64,000 nucleotides of DNA from Chloroflexota bacterium (GTDB taxonomy: Bacteria; Chloroflexota; Anaerolineae; UBA1429): positions 18,645 through 82,644 of the forward strand of contig DAIPBO010000012.1 of assembly GCA_036774405.1 (NCBI GenBank), read 5' to 3'. Shown in pieces: positions 11,131 through 20,977 of the stretch. Within the stretch, counting starts at the first letter, position 1, and each line of letters begins with the position of its first letter. Position numbers and translations under genes: made by a program. The notes below the pieces were generated by a model, which was given only the letters and a program-made list of their open reading frames with translations, was not told where the DNA came from and ran no database searches.

Positions 11131-13461
11131 CTATTCGCGCCCGCGAGCAAGCGCCTCATTTGAAAGCTGCACGGCCTCATCCAGGGCGGTCTGGGCATCG
11201 GCGATGCCTTCGAACACCTTGGTCATGGCCTCTTCGGCGTAGGTGCGCATCTCTTGCTCGCCTGCAACGGCGGGGCCTGGCTGCGCAGCCGGCATGATGA
11301 CCTCGACCTGCTCTTTGACGATGGGGTTCTCGGCAAAGTAGTCGTCCAACAGGGCGGCTGCCGAAGCGCGTACGGGCATATAGCCAGAGGCGCTGCCCCA
11401 CTTGGCGGTCTGCTCGGTCGAGCTAAAGAACTTCATGAACAACCAGGCGGCCTTTTGCTTGGCCTCGGTCGTCTTGAACATCACCAGGCTGCCACCGTAT
11501 AGCACGGTGCCTGGCTTGTCGGGGTTCAACTGCGGCGGCAGCGTGTGGCCGTATTCCTTGACCAGATTGCCACTCTCTTCGACGGCCTGCTGGTAGTAGA
11601 ACGTGCCAGAGGTCGAGCCAAAGGTAAAGGCCACGTTCCCCTTGCCAAACTCGGCCTGGTCGGCGTACGACCCCTCGGGCTTGACGGCGGCGCCGGCGTC
11701 GATCAGGCGCTTCATCATCTCAAGCGTCTCGACGGCCTCGGCATCGTTAAAGATGGCCTCGGTCTGGTCGGCGTTGGTGCGAGCCGTGCCACGGCTCAAC
11801 AGCCAGCTGTCGAGCGTTGAAGCGTTCTCATAGTAGGCATAGCCGATTTTGCCTGTCTGTTCGGTGACGGCCAGGCACATCTCTTCGAACTCTGCCCAGG
11901 TCTTGGGCGGGGCGTCGTAGCCGGCCTCTTTCAAGAGATCGAGGTTATACCACATGCCCTCGGCGCTCTTGGCAAACGGGAAAGTATAGTACTTGTTGCC
12001 GTATGCGGGGAAGCGCCCCTCGGCCAGGTAGCCTGGGTAGATGTCGGACAGGTCTTCGGCGGTGAGGCCGAGCTCGGCGTCATTGATGTACGGATCCAGC
12101 TCTTGCACCACACCGGCCTTGAGATAGTCCGAGACCATCGAAGGATAGGACACGGCCAGATCGGGCGTGCCGCCGGCGGCGATGGCTGCCACGAGCTTTT
12201 TGTAGAGGCTGGTATAGTCGCCCTGGTAGGTGGCGATCACATTGATCTCGGGGTACTTGGACTCAAAGTCGGCGATGATCTCGTCGAGGAGCTCACCGCG
12301 GAAGCTGTCTGGCGCCTGGTTGTGCCAGAACACCAGGTTGACCGACTCGCCCAGCACCACGCCCGTCTCGACGCCAGTGGGGGCCTCGCCCCAGCCGGTC
12401 CAGACCTGCTTGGCGATGACCTGCTTGCGCAGCTCATCGACCTCGGCCTTGAGCTCAGCGGGGATGGCGTCTTCCATGGAGCCGGGTGCCAGCCCCACGC
12501 CGTTGTTGGCCAGGGTGCCCACGTAGGTGCCGCCGGTGAAGGTACCTTCGACCACCTGCTCGATCACACCCTGAACCGAGACGTCCATATTCTTGAGCAC
12601 CGAAGCGAGCACGACATCTGCATATTGCGGCGCCGTGAGGGTCCAGTCGGCGTCCACACCGATCATCATGCCACCGCGCTCTTGCAGCACGGCCGCAGTT
12701 CCGTTGCCCACAGGGCCTGCCACGGGCATGATGATGTCGGCGCCCTCGTCCATCAGGCTCTCGGCGGCGCGGCGACCATCGTCGGTGGACTCAAAGTTGC
12801 CCACGTAATAGTCGGTGCCGAGGACCTTGACGTTGGTGCCATGCACCTGGTTGTATTGCCACACACCCTGGGCAAAGCCATCCATAAAGATGGTCACCGA
12901 GGGGATTTCGATGCCGCCAAAGGTGCCCACCACGCCGGTCTTGGTCATGCCCGCGGCGAGGTAGCCAGCCAGGAAGGTGGCCTGATCGGTGGCGTAGGTG
13001 AGGCCCAGCACGTTGGGCATCGTCTCGTCATACGCAAAGTCGACGATGGCGAACTTGGCATCTGGGTTGGCCTTGGCAAAGTTGGCCGTATCCTCGCCCA
13101 GCAGATAGCCCACCGTGATGATCAGGTCGGAGCCTTGCTGCAGGTACTCGGTGATATTCTTGGCATAGTCGGTCTGCTGCTGCGATTCGAGATAGGTACC
13201 TTCTACGCCAAACTGCTCGATAGCGTCTTGGACGCCCTTCCAAGAGGTCTGGTTAAACGACAGGTCGTCTACGCCGCCCATGTCGGTCACCAGGCCCACC
13301 TTGACAACCTCAGGCTCTGGTGTAGCAGCAGGGGCCTCAGCCTCCGGCTTGGCCGTCGGCGCTGCAGGCACCGGCGTTGGCGTGGGCTGAGTGCAGCCGC
13401 TAAGCACCATCGCTAGCGCCAGCAGCACACCCAGAGCAGCGAAAAGTCTGGTGCGCATCAT
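11131..13461 (-). CDS. Lipoprotein: BMP-family (PnrA-like, nucleoside-binding) substrate-binding domain fused to a family-1 extracellular solute-binding domain
   Basis: Signal peptide with lipobox (LSGC) and a Pro/Ala/Thr linker. Residues ~60-380 are BMP-like (VGLVTDMGGVDDLSFNQ..., GVDAD). Residues ~400-776 are SBP_bac_1-like (LVFWHN, GTPDLA, YNLDLLKEAG, PKTWAEF, AWLFMKF). Start is at the second ATG, 4 nt after GAGGAGG. Confidence 0.8.
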   Translation of the reverse strand: MMRTRLFAALGVLLALAMVLSGCTQPTPTPVPAAPTAKPEAEAPAATPEPEVVKVGLVTDMGGVDDLSFNQTSWKGVQDAIEQFGVEGTYLESQQQTDYAKNITEYLQQGSDLIITVGYLLGEDTANFAKANPDAKFAIVDFAYDETMPNVLGLTYATDQATFLAGYLAAGMTKTGVVGTFGGIEIPSVTIFMDGFAQGVWQYNQVHGTNVKVLGTDYYVGNFESTDDGRRAAESLMDEGADIIMPVAGPVGNGTAAVLQERGGMMIGVDADWTLTAPQYADVVLASVLKNMDVSVQGVIEQVVEGTFTGGTYVGTLANNGVGLAPGSMEDAIPAELKAEVDELRKQVIAKQVWTGWGEAPTGVETGVVLGESVNLVFWHNQAPDSFRGELLDEIIADFESKYPEINVIATYQGDYTSLYKKLVAAIAAGGTPDLAVSYPSMVSDYLKAGVVQELDPYINDAELGLTAEDLSDIYPGYLAEGRFPAYGNKYYTFPFAKSAEGMWYNLDLLKEAGYDAPPKTWAEFEEMCLAVTEQTGKIGYAYYENASTLDSWLLSRGTARTNADQTEAIFNDAEAVETLEMMKRLIDAGAAVKPEGSYADQAEFGKGNVAFTFGSTSGTFYYQQAVEESGNLVKEYGHTLPPQLNPDKPGTVLYGGSLVMFKTTEAKQKAAWLFMKFFSSTEQTAKWGSASGYMPVRASAAALLDDYFAENPIVKEQVEVIMPAAQPGPAVAGEQEMRTYAEEAMTKVFEGIADAQTALDEAVQLSNEALARGRE

Positions 13462-13625
13462 ATCCTCCTCTTTGGGTCTCAATCATCTGGGGAGCGTCTC
13501 GCTCCAACCCTGTGCATTATACTCCCGTCCAGGGTGTATGCAAGGCGTGAGGGTGCCTGAAGGTGCTGATTGTTGGCCAGCGCTGAACCGTGCTAGAATC
13601 GCGCCAGATCATAGACCGAGGTAGG

Positions 13626-15176
13626 ATGCTGCTTCCCCTGCTTCCTGCAATGTTGGCTGTGCTGTCAGTGGGGGCCTGGTATGCCGTCAGGCGTAGTGGC
13701 CAGGCAACCTGGGCCCGACGGTCATACCTGGGGGCCAATGCGGCGGTGCTGATAGTGGCGTTGCTGCTGCCCAGTGCCGAGGCTACGCTGGTGCCGGGCG
13801 GCATGTCTGCGGCCAGGCTTGAGCTGGCGTGGGATGGCGCCTCGCGTTTGGGCGCGGCGGTGTTGCTGTTGGCCACGCTGGCCCATCAGGTTACACCGCG
13901 TGAGGATCGTCGCATGGCGCCCGAGGCGCTGTTGGTGACGGTGTCGCTGGCCTGCCTGGCGGCGGTCAACGCGCAGGCGCTGGCGCTGTCGGCGGGCTTG
14001 CTATGTATTGCCATTGTGTGGGTCGAGGGCGCCTTGCCGGCCGGCTCGCGCAGCCCGTTCGCCGTCTTTGGCCTTGTGTCCATGTTGGCGGCATTGACAC
14101 TGCTGGGGCTGATAGCGGCTGGGTCGTTGCGGCTGGCACAGGGGTTGACGACGCCTCGCTGGGTGGTTGGCGCGGCCGTATTTGGAGTGGGCTTTGGCGG
14201 GTTATTGCTGGGCTACCCCGCTTTGCGCTGGCCAACGATGGCGGCCTGCACGGTCACCGCGGCGCATTTGCTGCAGCGGCTACCTGGCCCTGTGACCAGC
14301 AGCCCCGCAACCCTGACCCTGTCTCTTGTGGTGGGGGGGCTGGCGGTGCTCATTGGCGGGCTCTCGACAGCGCTGTGGGGGCCTCGCGGGCGCGCTCTCG
14401 ATGCCCTCTATGGGCTGACCTTTGGCGTGGCCTGGTTGGCCGCGGTCCTCGAGGGCGACCCAGGCCATGGCAGCGCGGTGGTGGCGCTGGTGGGCGCCGT
14501 GCTCGCCTATTCGGCGCTGGTGGCGCTGGAGCGCTCAGAGGGCGTGGGCTGGTACCGGCTGCCCAGCATTATCGCCGTGGGCGCGCTGGCGGGGCTGTTG
14601 CCCGGCGGGCTGCTGGTGGCGCGCTGGCGGGTGCTCGCCGCTAGCCTCTCGTTTGGCGATGGCTGGCTGGTGTTCTGGCAGGTGGTTGCCGGCCTGCTGG
14701 CCTGCTGGGTGACTGCACTGATCGCCCTGCCATGGGTCAGTACGCGTGACGTTTCGATGCCCCCGAGAGACTGGGTTGCCTGGGGTTTGGGGGCTATGCT
14801 TGCGTTGCTCTCTCTCGCTTTGGGTGTGGCACCCTTTGTGGTGTTACCGAGCCTGGGCTGGTTCGGTGGCGAAATGCAGGGGGCCGTATTGTGGGGCCTG
14901 TCGTTGGCGCTACTACCTGCTCTGCTTGGGCTCGGGCTGGCCTTTTGGCCCGCTGCGGTGCGGGCGCAGGCGCGCACCAGCCGCTGGCGCGAACGCGTGC
15001 GCCCGGTCTGGCAGGGCTCATGGGAGGGTGCTGTGCTGTGGCTCGACACGGCGCAGCAGCAGATAGCTGAGCGGCTCTATGGGCTAGCGCAGGTGGTCGA
15101 AGAGCGCCTGCTGATGGCCTGGGGCTTGCTGTGTGCGCTGGCGCTGCTGTTGGTGGCGCTTGAGGCCGGCCTATGA
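13626..15176 (+). CDS. Polytopic membrane protein (about 14 TM), first of three translationally coupled membrane proteins
   Basis: Ala/Leu/Gly/Trp-rich hydrophobic ORF. Start is the ATG after GAGGTAGG; the track's GTG at 13590 overlaps a TAGAAT -10-like box. Confidence 0.5.
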   Translation: MLLPLLPAMLAVLSVGAWYAVRRSGQATWARRSYLGANAAVLIVALLLPSAEATLVPGGMSAARLELAWDGASRLGAAVLLLATLAHQVTPREDRRMAPEALLVTVSLACLAAVNAQALALSAGLLCIAIVWVEGALPAGSRSPFAVFGLVSMLAALTLLGLIAAGSLRLAQGLTTPRWVVGAAVFGVGFGGLLLGYPALRWPTMAACTVTAAHLLQRLPGPVTSSPATLTLSLVVGGLAVLIGGLSTALWGPRGRALDALYGLTFGVAWLAAVLEGDPGHGSAVVALVGAVLAYSALVALERSEGVGWYRLPSIIAVGALAGLLPGGLLVARWRVLAASLSFGDGWLVFWQVVAGLLACWVTALIALPWVSTRDVSMPPRDWVAWGLGAMLALLSLALGVAPFVVLPSLGWFGGEMQGAVLWGLSLALLPALLGLGLAFWPAAVRAQARTSRWRERVRPVWQGSWEGAVLWLDTAQQQIAERLYGLAQVVEERLLMAWGLLCALALLLVALEAGL

Positions 15177-15790
15177 ACATCAGTATGCTGACCACCACCC
15201 AACTTGCGCTGCTCTTGGGGCTTGCTACGGCCCTCGTGGCGGTGACGGCACGCCGAGCAGCGGTGGTGGGTCTGGCCATCCAATACACGCTGCGTCTGCT
15301 GATGGTGGGGCCGCTGCTCTTGCGGCCGGTGCTCTACGGTCAGGTGGCAGTAGCCCTGGCGGCACTGATGATTCTCTTTCTCTCGGCGAGCTCGTTGGCG
15401 CACGTCCAGCGGCAGCGGGTTGTTGGTGGGGTCAGTCCTCTGGTGCGCATGGGGGGGCTCTATGGGCTCTTTAGCATGGCGCTGGCGGCTTTTGTGGCGC
15501 TCGGCCTGTACCGCTCGTTCCCTCTGCCGGGGCTTTCGGCTCAGGTGACGCTTGGCTGCTACTGGTTGCTGCTGGCTGGCCTGCTGCTGATCGTCATCGA
15601 GCCAACCGTGCTGGGCCAGGGCATGGCCGCGGTGACGGCGCTGAATGGCTTTCAGATGGCCTTTCTCACCCTCGACAACGGCCTGCTGATGATCGCACTG
15701 CTCAGCCTGCTCGAGATCGGCCTGGTGCTGACCGTCGCGGTGCTGTCAGAGCAGCAGCTAGAGCAGCTGGCCGAGGCAGAGGAGGGGTGA
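15173..15790 (+). CDS. Membrane protein (about 6 TM), second of the coupled trio
   Basis: ATGA overlap with the upstream gene. Hydrophobic. Confidence 0.5.
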   Translation: MNISMLTTTQLALLLGLATALVAVTARRAAVVGLAIQYTLRLLMVGPLLLRPVLYGQVAVALAALMILFLSASSLAHVQRQRVVGGVSPLVRMGGLYGLFSMALAAFVALGLYRSFPLPGLSAQVTLGCYWLLLAGLLLIVIEPTVLGQGMAAVTALNGFQMAFLTLDNGLLMIALLSLLEIGLVLTVAVLSEQQLEQLAEAEEG

Positions 15791-17097
15791 TGCCGCTCAC
15801 CGTATGGCTGGCTGTGCCGTTTGTGGGCGCGCTGCTGCTTTGGCCGGTGCGCCGGGCGCGTCAGGTCGCGGCGCCTGTGGCAGCCTTGATCTACCTGGCG
15901 CTGGCCGTCACGGCCCCCATGGTAGCCCGCAGCGCGCCGATCGATCTGCTGGGGCGCTCGCTGAACTTGAGCGCGGCCCACGCTCCCTATGTCTGTTTTC
16001 TGGCCGTGGGGTTGGCGTTGCTGATGGCCGGTGGCGCCTTTGTGCAAGAGAGTGCGTTGGTGTGGCCTGGCTCACTGGGAACCTTTGGTTTTCTGGTGGC
16101 GGCTCTTTGCGCTGGCAGCGCCCAACTGGCCGGTGCCATGTTGAGCATCGCTGTGATCGGCGTGGCTTTTTGCCTGCTGGCGCCCAACACGAGCGAGCTG
16201 ACCATGCGCACGGTGATTGTGCTGTTGTGCGGCACACTGATGTTGCTGCTGGCCGGCTGGACGGTGGAGGCCTCGCGTCTAGAGCATCCGCTGTCGGTTG
16301 GTGCCATCGGGCGGCCGGCAGCCCTTTTCGGCATGGCGTTGCTGCTGGGGCTGTTCCCCTTTGGGTTCTGGGCGCCGCCGCTCGGTCGCGTCGAACGGCC
16401 AACGGGGGCTTTTCTGGCGGTGTGCGCGCTGGGCGTCATTGCCTCGCTGCGCATGAGCGAGCTGAGCGGTTTGGCGGGGCGAGAGCTCTTGCCCATTGTG
16501 CTGCGGTGGGGTGGGCTGCTGACCTTTTGCTTTGGCGCAGTGGGCGCGCTGTTGCCACGGCGCCTGTGCGCTGTGGTAGGCTATGCCGCCATGGCCGACC
16601 TTGGGGTGGCGGCTCTGGCCATGGGCGCGGCGCCGCTCGATGGTGTAGACCTGGCGGCGCAGCATCTGGCCTATCGCGCGGTGGCCTGCGCGGCGTTGTG
16701 GGTAGCGGCCCGCGTGCTCTCCAAGTGCTTTGGGTCTGATGATGTACACGCGCTGAACGGCGCCTTTAGCCGCGCCCCTCTGACCTTGACGGCCGTTCTG
16801 TTGGCCGGCATGTCGCTTTCGGGCCTCCCCCCCATGGCGGGTTTTGCCAGCCGTAATGCCATTCTGGGGCTGACCATGACGAACCCCTGGTGGTCATCTC
16901 TGTGGGCCATGGGCACGCTGGGGCCAGTGTGGGGCCTGGCGCGTATCGTCATTGCCTCGTGGGGGCCAACGCCGCCTCCGGGGAGCCGTCGTGAGCCGGT
17001 CTGGCTGGGCGTGCTGTTGCTGGCGATGACCCTCTTCTTGTTGGTAGCGGGCGTGCTGCCCAACGTGATCGCCTGGATGCAGGGGCTGGCCAGCTAG
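15787..17097 (+). CDS. Membrane protein with complex I/Mrp antiporter-like (NuoN/NuoM-type) signature
   Basis: GTGATG overlap with the upstream gene. LSGLPPMAGFASR resembles the GIPPLAGFFSK motif of NuoL/M/N antiporter subunits, and GYAAMADLG resembles the AYSSIAHMG region. Confidence 0.5.
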   Translation: MMPLTVWLAVPFVGALLLWPVRRARQVAAPVAALIYLALAVTAPMVARSAPIDLLGRSLNLSAAHAPYVCFLAVGLALLMAGGAFVQESALVWPGSLGTFGFLVAALCAGSAQLAGAMLSIAVIGVAFCLLAPNTSELTMRTVIVLLCGTLMLLLAGWTVEASRLEHPLSVGAIGRPAALFGMALLLGLFPFGFWAPPLGRVERPTGAFLAVCALGVIASLRMSELSGLAGRELLPIVLRWGGLLTFCFGAVGALLPRRLCAVVGYAAMADLGVAALAMGAAPLDGVDLAAQHLAYRAVACAALWVAARVLSKCFGSDDVHALNGAFSRAPLTLTAVLLAGMSLSGLPPMAGFASRNAILGLTMTNPWWSSLWAMGTLGPVWGLARIVIASWGPTPPPGSRREPVWLGVLLLAMTLFLLVAGVLPNVIAWMQGLAS

Positions 17098-17672
17098 CCA
17101 CCCAGCGAGCGCAGCGCGGCGAGGATGCGCGCGTCCAGCGTCTCGGCGTCAGAAGGGATGGCGGCCAGCGCGGCCTGCGCCTCGGCCTGGCTGTAGCCGA
17201 GCGCAGTAAGCGCGTTGAGCACATCCACATCTCCCTGAGACACCGAAGTCGGCTGCCAGGCTTGTGTCGGCACGCCGATGCGGTCTCTGAGGTCTAGCAC
17301 CAGGCGCTGCGCCGTCTTGCGGCCGATGCCTGGGATGCGGGTGAGCGCAGCCACATCATCGTGGGCCACGGCGCCGCGCAAGGTCTCGGGCGAAAAGGTT
17401 GAGAGCACCGCCAGCGCCGTGCGCGGCCCCACGCCGCTGACCGTCAGCAGCGATCTGAACAAGTCGCGCTCCTCGGCCGAGCCAAAGCCATACAGGGCCA
17501 GCTCGTTCTCGCGCACGATCAGCTCGGTGATCAGCTCGATGTGCATGCCCACATGGGGCACACTGTCGATAACGCTGGCCGTCACGTGTACGCGATAGCC
17601 CACGCCCTCAACTGCGATCACCAGCGCGCCTTCTTCACGCATCTGCACCTGGCCCGACAGGCTTGCGATCAT
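17094..17672 (-). CDS. ruvA: Holliday junction DNA helicase subunit RuvA
   Basis: 192 aa. GVGYRVHV, the helix-hairpin-helix GIGRKTAQRL, and a C-terminal domain III. Confidence 0.9.
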   Translation of the reverse strand: MIASLSGQVQMREEGALVIAVEGVGYRVHVTASVIDSVPHVGMHIELITELIVRENELALYGFGSAEERDLFRSLLTVSGVGPRTALAVLSTFSPETLRGAVAHDDVAALTRIPGIGRKTAQRLVLDLRDRIGVPTQAWQPTSVSQGDVDVLNALTALGYSQAEAQAALAAIPSDAETLDARILAALRSLGG

Positions 17673-17675
17673 GCT

Positions 17676-18173
17676 TTACTCCGCGTTCTGCGCCAACTCG
17701 GTGTAGCGCCAGGCATGATAGTGGCAGATCGACGCCGCCAGCGCGTCGGCGGCGTCATCGGGGCGAGGTGGGCTTTCGAGCGATAGCAGGAGCTGCACCA
17801 TCTGCTGCACCTGCACTTTGTCGGCCAGGCCATAGCCCGTCACAGCTTGTTTGATCTGTAGCGGCGTGTACTCGGCGACAGACACACCCGCCTGAGCCAG
17901 CGCCAGCAGAATCACACCGCGGCCCTCGCCCACCATGATGGCCGTGCGCGCGTTGGTGGCAAAGAACAGCTCCTCGACCGCCGCAGCCTCAGGCTGGTAG
18001 CGTTCGAGGAGCTCTGTGACGCCACGATGCAGCTGTGCCAGCCGCTCCCCAATGGGGGTGCCTGCCGGCGTGGTGATCACCCCATAGGTGATCGCGCGGA
18101 TATCACCGTGCTCACCCTCCACGAGCCCGTATCCGGTGGTGGCAAGCCCAGGATCGAGGCCCAGGATGAGCAT
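17676..18173 (-). CDS. ruvC: Crossover junction endodeoxyribonuclease RuvC
   Basis: 165 aa. ILGLDPGLATTGYG N-terminus with a catalytic Asp; typical RuvC. Confidence 0.9.
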   Translation of the reverse strand: MLILGLDPGLATTGYGLVEGEHGDIRAITYGVITTPAGTPIGERLAQLHRGVTELLERYQPEAAAVEELFFATNARTAIMVGEGRGVILLALAQAGVSVAEYTPLQIKQAVTGYGLADKVQVQQMVQLLLSLESPPRPDDAADALAASICHYHAWRYTELAQNAE

Positions 18174-18179
18174 ATCGGC

Positions 18180-18935
18180 TCAGGCCGCCTGGTACTTGTC
18201 CATCACTTCGTCAGAGATGTTGAGGTTGGTAAAGACCTCTTGGACGTCATCGAGGTCCTCGAGGGCCTCGACCAGCTTGAGATTGCGGATGGTCTCTGCC
18301 TCTGTCATGTCGATGCGCGTGTTGGGCACCCATTCGATGGACGAGCTCTCGACGTCATAGCTCGCCTCGACGATGGCATCGAGCACGACCTTGAAATCTT
18401 GCAGGGCGGTGGTGATCTCTACCTCGCCATCGCTCACCTGCACATCATCGGCGCCGGCATCGATGGCCACCAGCATGATCTCCTCGGGGTCCTCATCCTT
18501 GGGATCGACGAGGATAACGCCTTTGCGCTCGAACATCCAGGCCACGCAGCCATCGGCGCCCAGGTTGCCGCCGAACCGCGAAAAGACGTGGCGCACCTCG
18601 GCCACGGTGCGGTTGCGGTTGTCCGTCAGGGCCTGCAAGATGATGGCCGAGCCGTTGGGCCCATAGCCCTCGTAGATGTACTCTTCGAGGCCGCCGCCTT
18701 CACCACCATCTCCCGCGCCGCGTTTGACGGCGCGTTCGATGTTATCTTTGGGCATGTTGGCTGCGCGAGCCTTGTCAAGGACGATCCTCAGGCGAAAGTT
18801 GCTGTCCGGATCAGGTCCCCCCTCTCGTGCCGCGAGTGCGATCTCGTGGCCGAGCTTGGTGAACATCGCGCCACGCTTGGCGTCGTTGGCTCCCTTGGCC
18901 CTCTTGATGGTGGCCCATTTGCTATGACCAGACAT
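18180..18935 (-). CDS. yebC: YebC/PmpR-family transcriptional regulator
   Basis: MSGHSKWATIKRAKGANDAKRG N-terminus is diagnostic. The conserved yebC-ruvC-ruvA order is present. Confidence 0.9.
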   Translation of the reverse strand: MSGHSKWATIKRAKGANDAKRGAMFTKLGHEIALAAREGGPDPDSNFRLRIVLDKARAANMPKDNIERAVKRGAGDGGEGGGLEEYIYEGYGPNGSAIILQALTDNRNRTVAEVRHVFSRFGGNLGADGCVAWMFERKGVILVDPKDEDPEEIMLVAIDAGADDVQVSDGEVEITTALQDFKVVLDAIVEASYDVESSSIEWVPNTRIDMTEAETIRNLKLVEALEDLDDVQEVFTNLNISDEVMDKYQAA

Positions 18936-19122
18936 CTATTTCCTCCTGACTTGGCAGCGACTTGCCTTGTACTTGATTATAGCACGCCGGCGTCTTGCGC
19001 GGCAATTGGCGACCGGTGTGAGCCGAGCATGGTACCGCGCGCTTGCGCACGACCGTCAGTCAAAAGAGAACAGGCCCGGGTTGGGCCTGTTCCGTGGTGG
19101 TAAGGATGTGCGGAGCCAAGGC

Positions 19123-19779
19123 CTACTCGGCCTCGGCGCCTTCGGCGGCATCTGCTGCATCGCTCTCGCTAGCGGCCTCACCGTAGCCCAAGATTGGCTC
19201 TTCGACCTCTTCCTCTTCCTCAACCGCACGTGGCACATAGACGCGTACGATGTCGCCATCAGGAGGGTTGAGCACGGTCACACCCAGGGGAATGTCCAGG
19301 TCGCTAAAGGCGATGGCCGAGTTCTCGTCGACCAGCACCGAGACGTCGACGTGGATGGCGTTCGGCAGGTCTTGTGGCATGCACTCGATATCCAGCTCTG
19401 AGACGAGCTGACTGACCGACATGCCCTCCTGTGTCACAGGCGCCTCACCAACCAGCACAACGGGCACCGTGCTGGTGATGACCTGGCCTGCCACCACGCT
19501 GTAGAGATCCACATGCAGAATGGCACGCGAGACCGGGTCTCGCTGCACGTCGCGGAAGAGGGCCATCTGTGTGCCCTCTTCGCCAGTGATGCTGAGGGTG
19601 AGCAGGCGGTTGGTGCCTGCATGCAGCACGGCCCTCTCTAGTTGCGCCTGGGTAAACTGCAGCGACGTGGCCTCAGAGCCGCGGCCATAGATGACGCCTG
19701 GCACCCAGCCCTCGCGCCTCAGCGCCTTGGCCTTGGCGCTTTCGCGTGGCGAGGCCTGCAAAACAACGGTTTCTGGCAT
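19123..19779 (-). CDS. rplY: 50S ribosomal protein L25 / general stress protein Ctc, with acidic C-terminal tail
   Basis: Ctc/L25 pattern (RREGWVPGVIYG...). Start is at the second ATG (MPETVV), 9 nt after AGGAGG. Confidence 0.85.
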   Translation of the reverse strand: MPETVVLQASPRESAKAKALRREGWVPGVIYGRGSEATSLQFTQAQLERAVLHAGTNRLLTLSITGEEGTQMALFRDVQRDPVSRAILHVDLYSVVAGQVITSTVPVVLVGEAPVTQEGMSVSQLVSELDIECMPQDLPNAIHVDVSVLVDENSAIAFSDLDIPLGVTVLNPPDGDIVRVYVPRAVEEEEEVEEPILGYGEAASESDAADAAEGAEAE

Positions 19780-19920
19780 AGCCCCCATCCTCCTATGTAT
19801 GTCTACAGACGATTCATCGTCCGCGATGAGGGCCGATCCATAGAGCCCCCACTATCGCAATGTGAACCATGCTATTGTACCCCCTGGGGGGGCTCGATCC
19901 AAACGGCAGTGAGGCGAGGG

Positions 19921-20928
19921 TTAGCGGTTGCGGCCGCGCACCATCTTGAGCCAGCGCAGGATGTTGCGCGTCACCTGGATAGCGTAGGCCGCGTCGTCGT
20001 GTGTGGGGCGCAGACCGCGATGCACGATGTCGTTGCGCAGGTCGTTGATCTCGTTGAACCTGAGCCAGAGCTCGGGGTTGTCGCGTTTGAGGCTAAAGCC
20101 CGAGTAGCGCCGCAAGAGCGCCTCGAGCTTGGATGTGAGGCTGCGTGTTGAGAGGGCATGATCGATCTCGCCATCAGCGAGCCCCTGCCGCTGCATGCCA
20201 TAGGTCAGCAGCATCGAAACGGCCGCCTCGATGGTGGTGTGGCAAGTGGCGATGGCCTGCCGTGGAAAGCGTTGCGCCAGGGCGCGTTCGGCCTCGATCA
20301 AGAGGTCGTCTGCGAGGCCAACAGGCTCCTCGTGGGCCAGCCCCAGGCGCAGCTCCTCATACCACTGCTCGCTCTCACGGGCCAGGTCAAAGCGCTCACC
20401 CAGGGCTTCTTCTTGCTCGATCAGTTCGGCCTGTAGAGGGTCGGGTGTCAGCACTGTGCCATCTTCAGAGCGCACGGTGACGTCGATATCGTCGCGCCGC
20501 AGGTCAAACACGTGGTAGAGCTTGGCCTTTCCGCGCACGACGGCGACAAAGTTGTTGAACGCGGCCAGCGATTCGGTGGCAAAGGCATCGCGCTGCGCGT
20601 CAAAGCGCTCACTGCGCCAGTCGGCTCCAGGGGTTAGGGACTGAACGATGGTGCCGCTCGAGTTGATCGAGCCCAGCGACGCGATGTTGCGCCCAAACAC
20701 CACGCGTAGCACAAAAGGGTGGTCGTACCAGCTGTACGAGGTCAGCCCCTCGGCCTGATCTTGTGCAGCCAGCACCCGCGTTGCTGCGGGGTGCGAGGCG
20801 ATCGTCAGAAAGGGCGTGTAGGTCTGTGCCGTGACGTGCACCGTTTTGATGCCGTAGACGGTGTTGACCTCGTAGGGGCCACCGGCGACGCCAAATGGCA
20901 GACTGGCAAATGCAACCAGGGCGGGCAT
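19921..20928 (-). CDS. Hypothetical protein with C-terminal HEPN-like motif (R-x4-H in NDLRNDIVHRG)
   Basis: 335 aa. The last ~120 aa are helical and end with EINDLRNDIVHRG (Rx4H). The N-terminal ~200 aa matched nothing I recognise. Confidence 0.55.
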   Translation of the reverse strand: MPALVAFASLPFGVAGGPYEVNTVYGIKTVHVTAQTYTPFLTIASHPAATRVLAAQDQAEGLTSYSWYDHPFVLRVVFGRNIASLGSINSSGTIVQSLTPGADWRSERFDAQRDAFATESLAAFNNFVAVVRGKAKLYHVFDLRRDDIDVTVRSEDGTVLTPDPLQAELIEQEEALGERFDLARESEQWYEELRLGLAHEEPVGLADDLLIEAERALAQRFPRQAIATCHTTIEAAVSMLLTYGMQRQGLADGEIDHALSTRSLTSKLEALLRRYSGFSLKRDNPELWLRFNEINDLRNDIVHRGLRPTHDDAAYAIQVTRNILRWLKMVRGRNR

Positions 20929-20977
20929 GCGGCTCCTCTCGTCAGGGTTACCTCAGTTTACCTGAGGTAACCACTGG

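Noticed and set aside
12103-13416. 437-aa plus-strand ORF
   Set aside because: Antisense to the BMP/SBP fusion lipoprotein gene. No recognisable domain.
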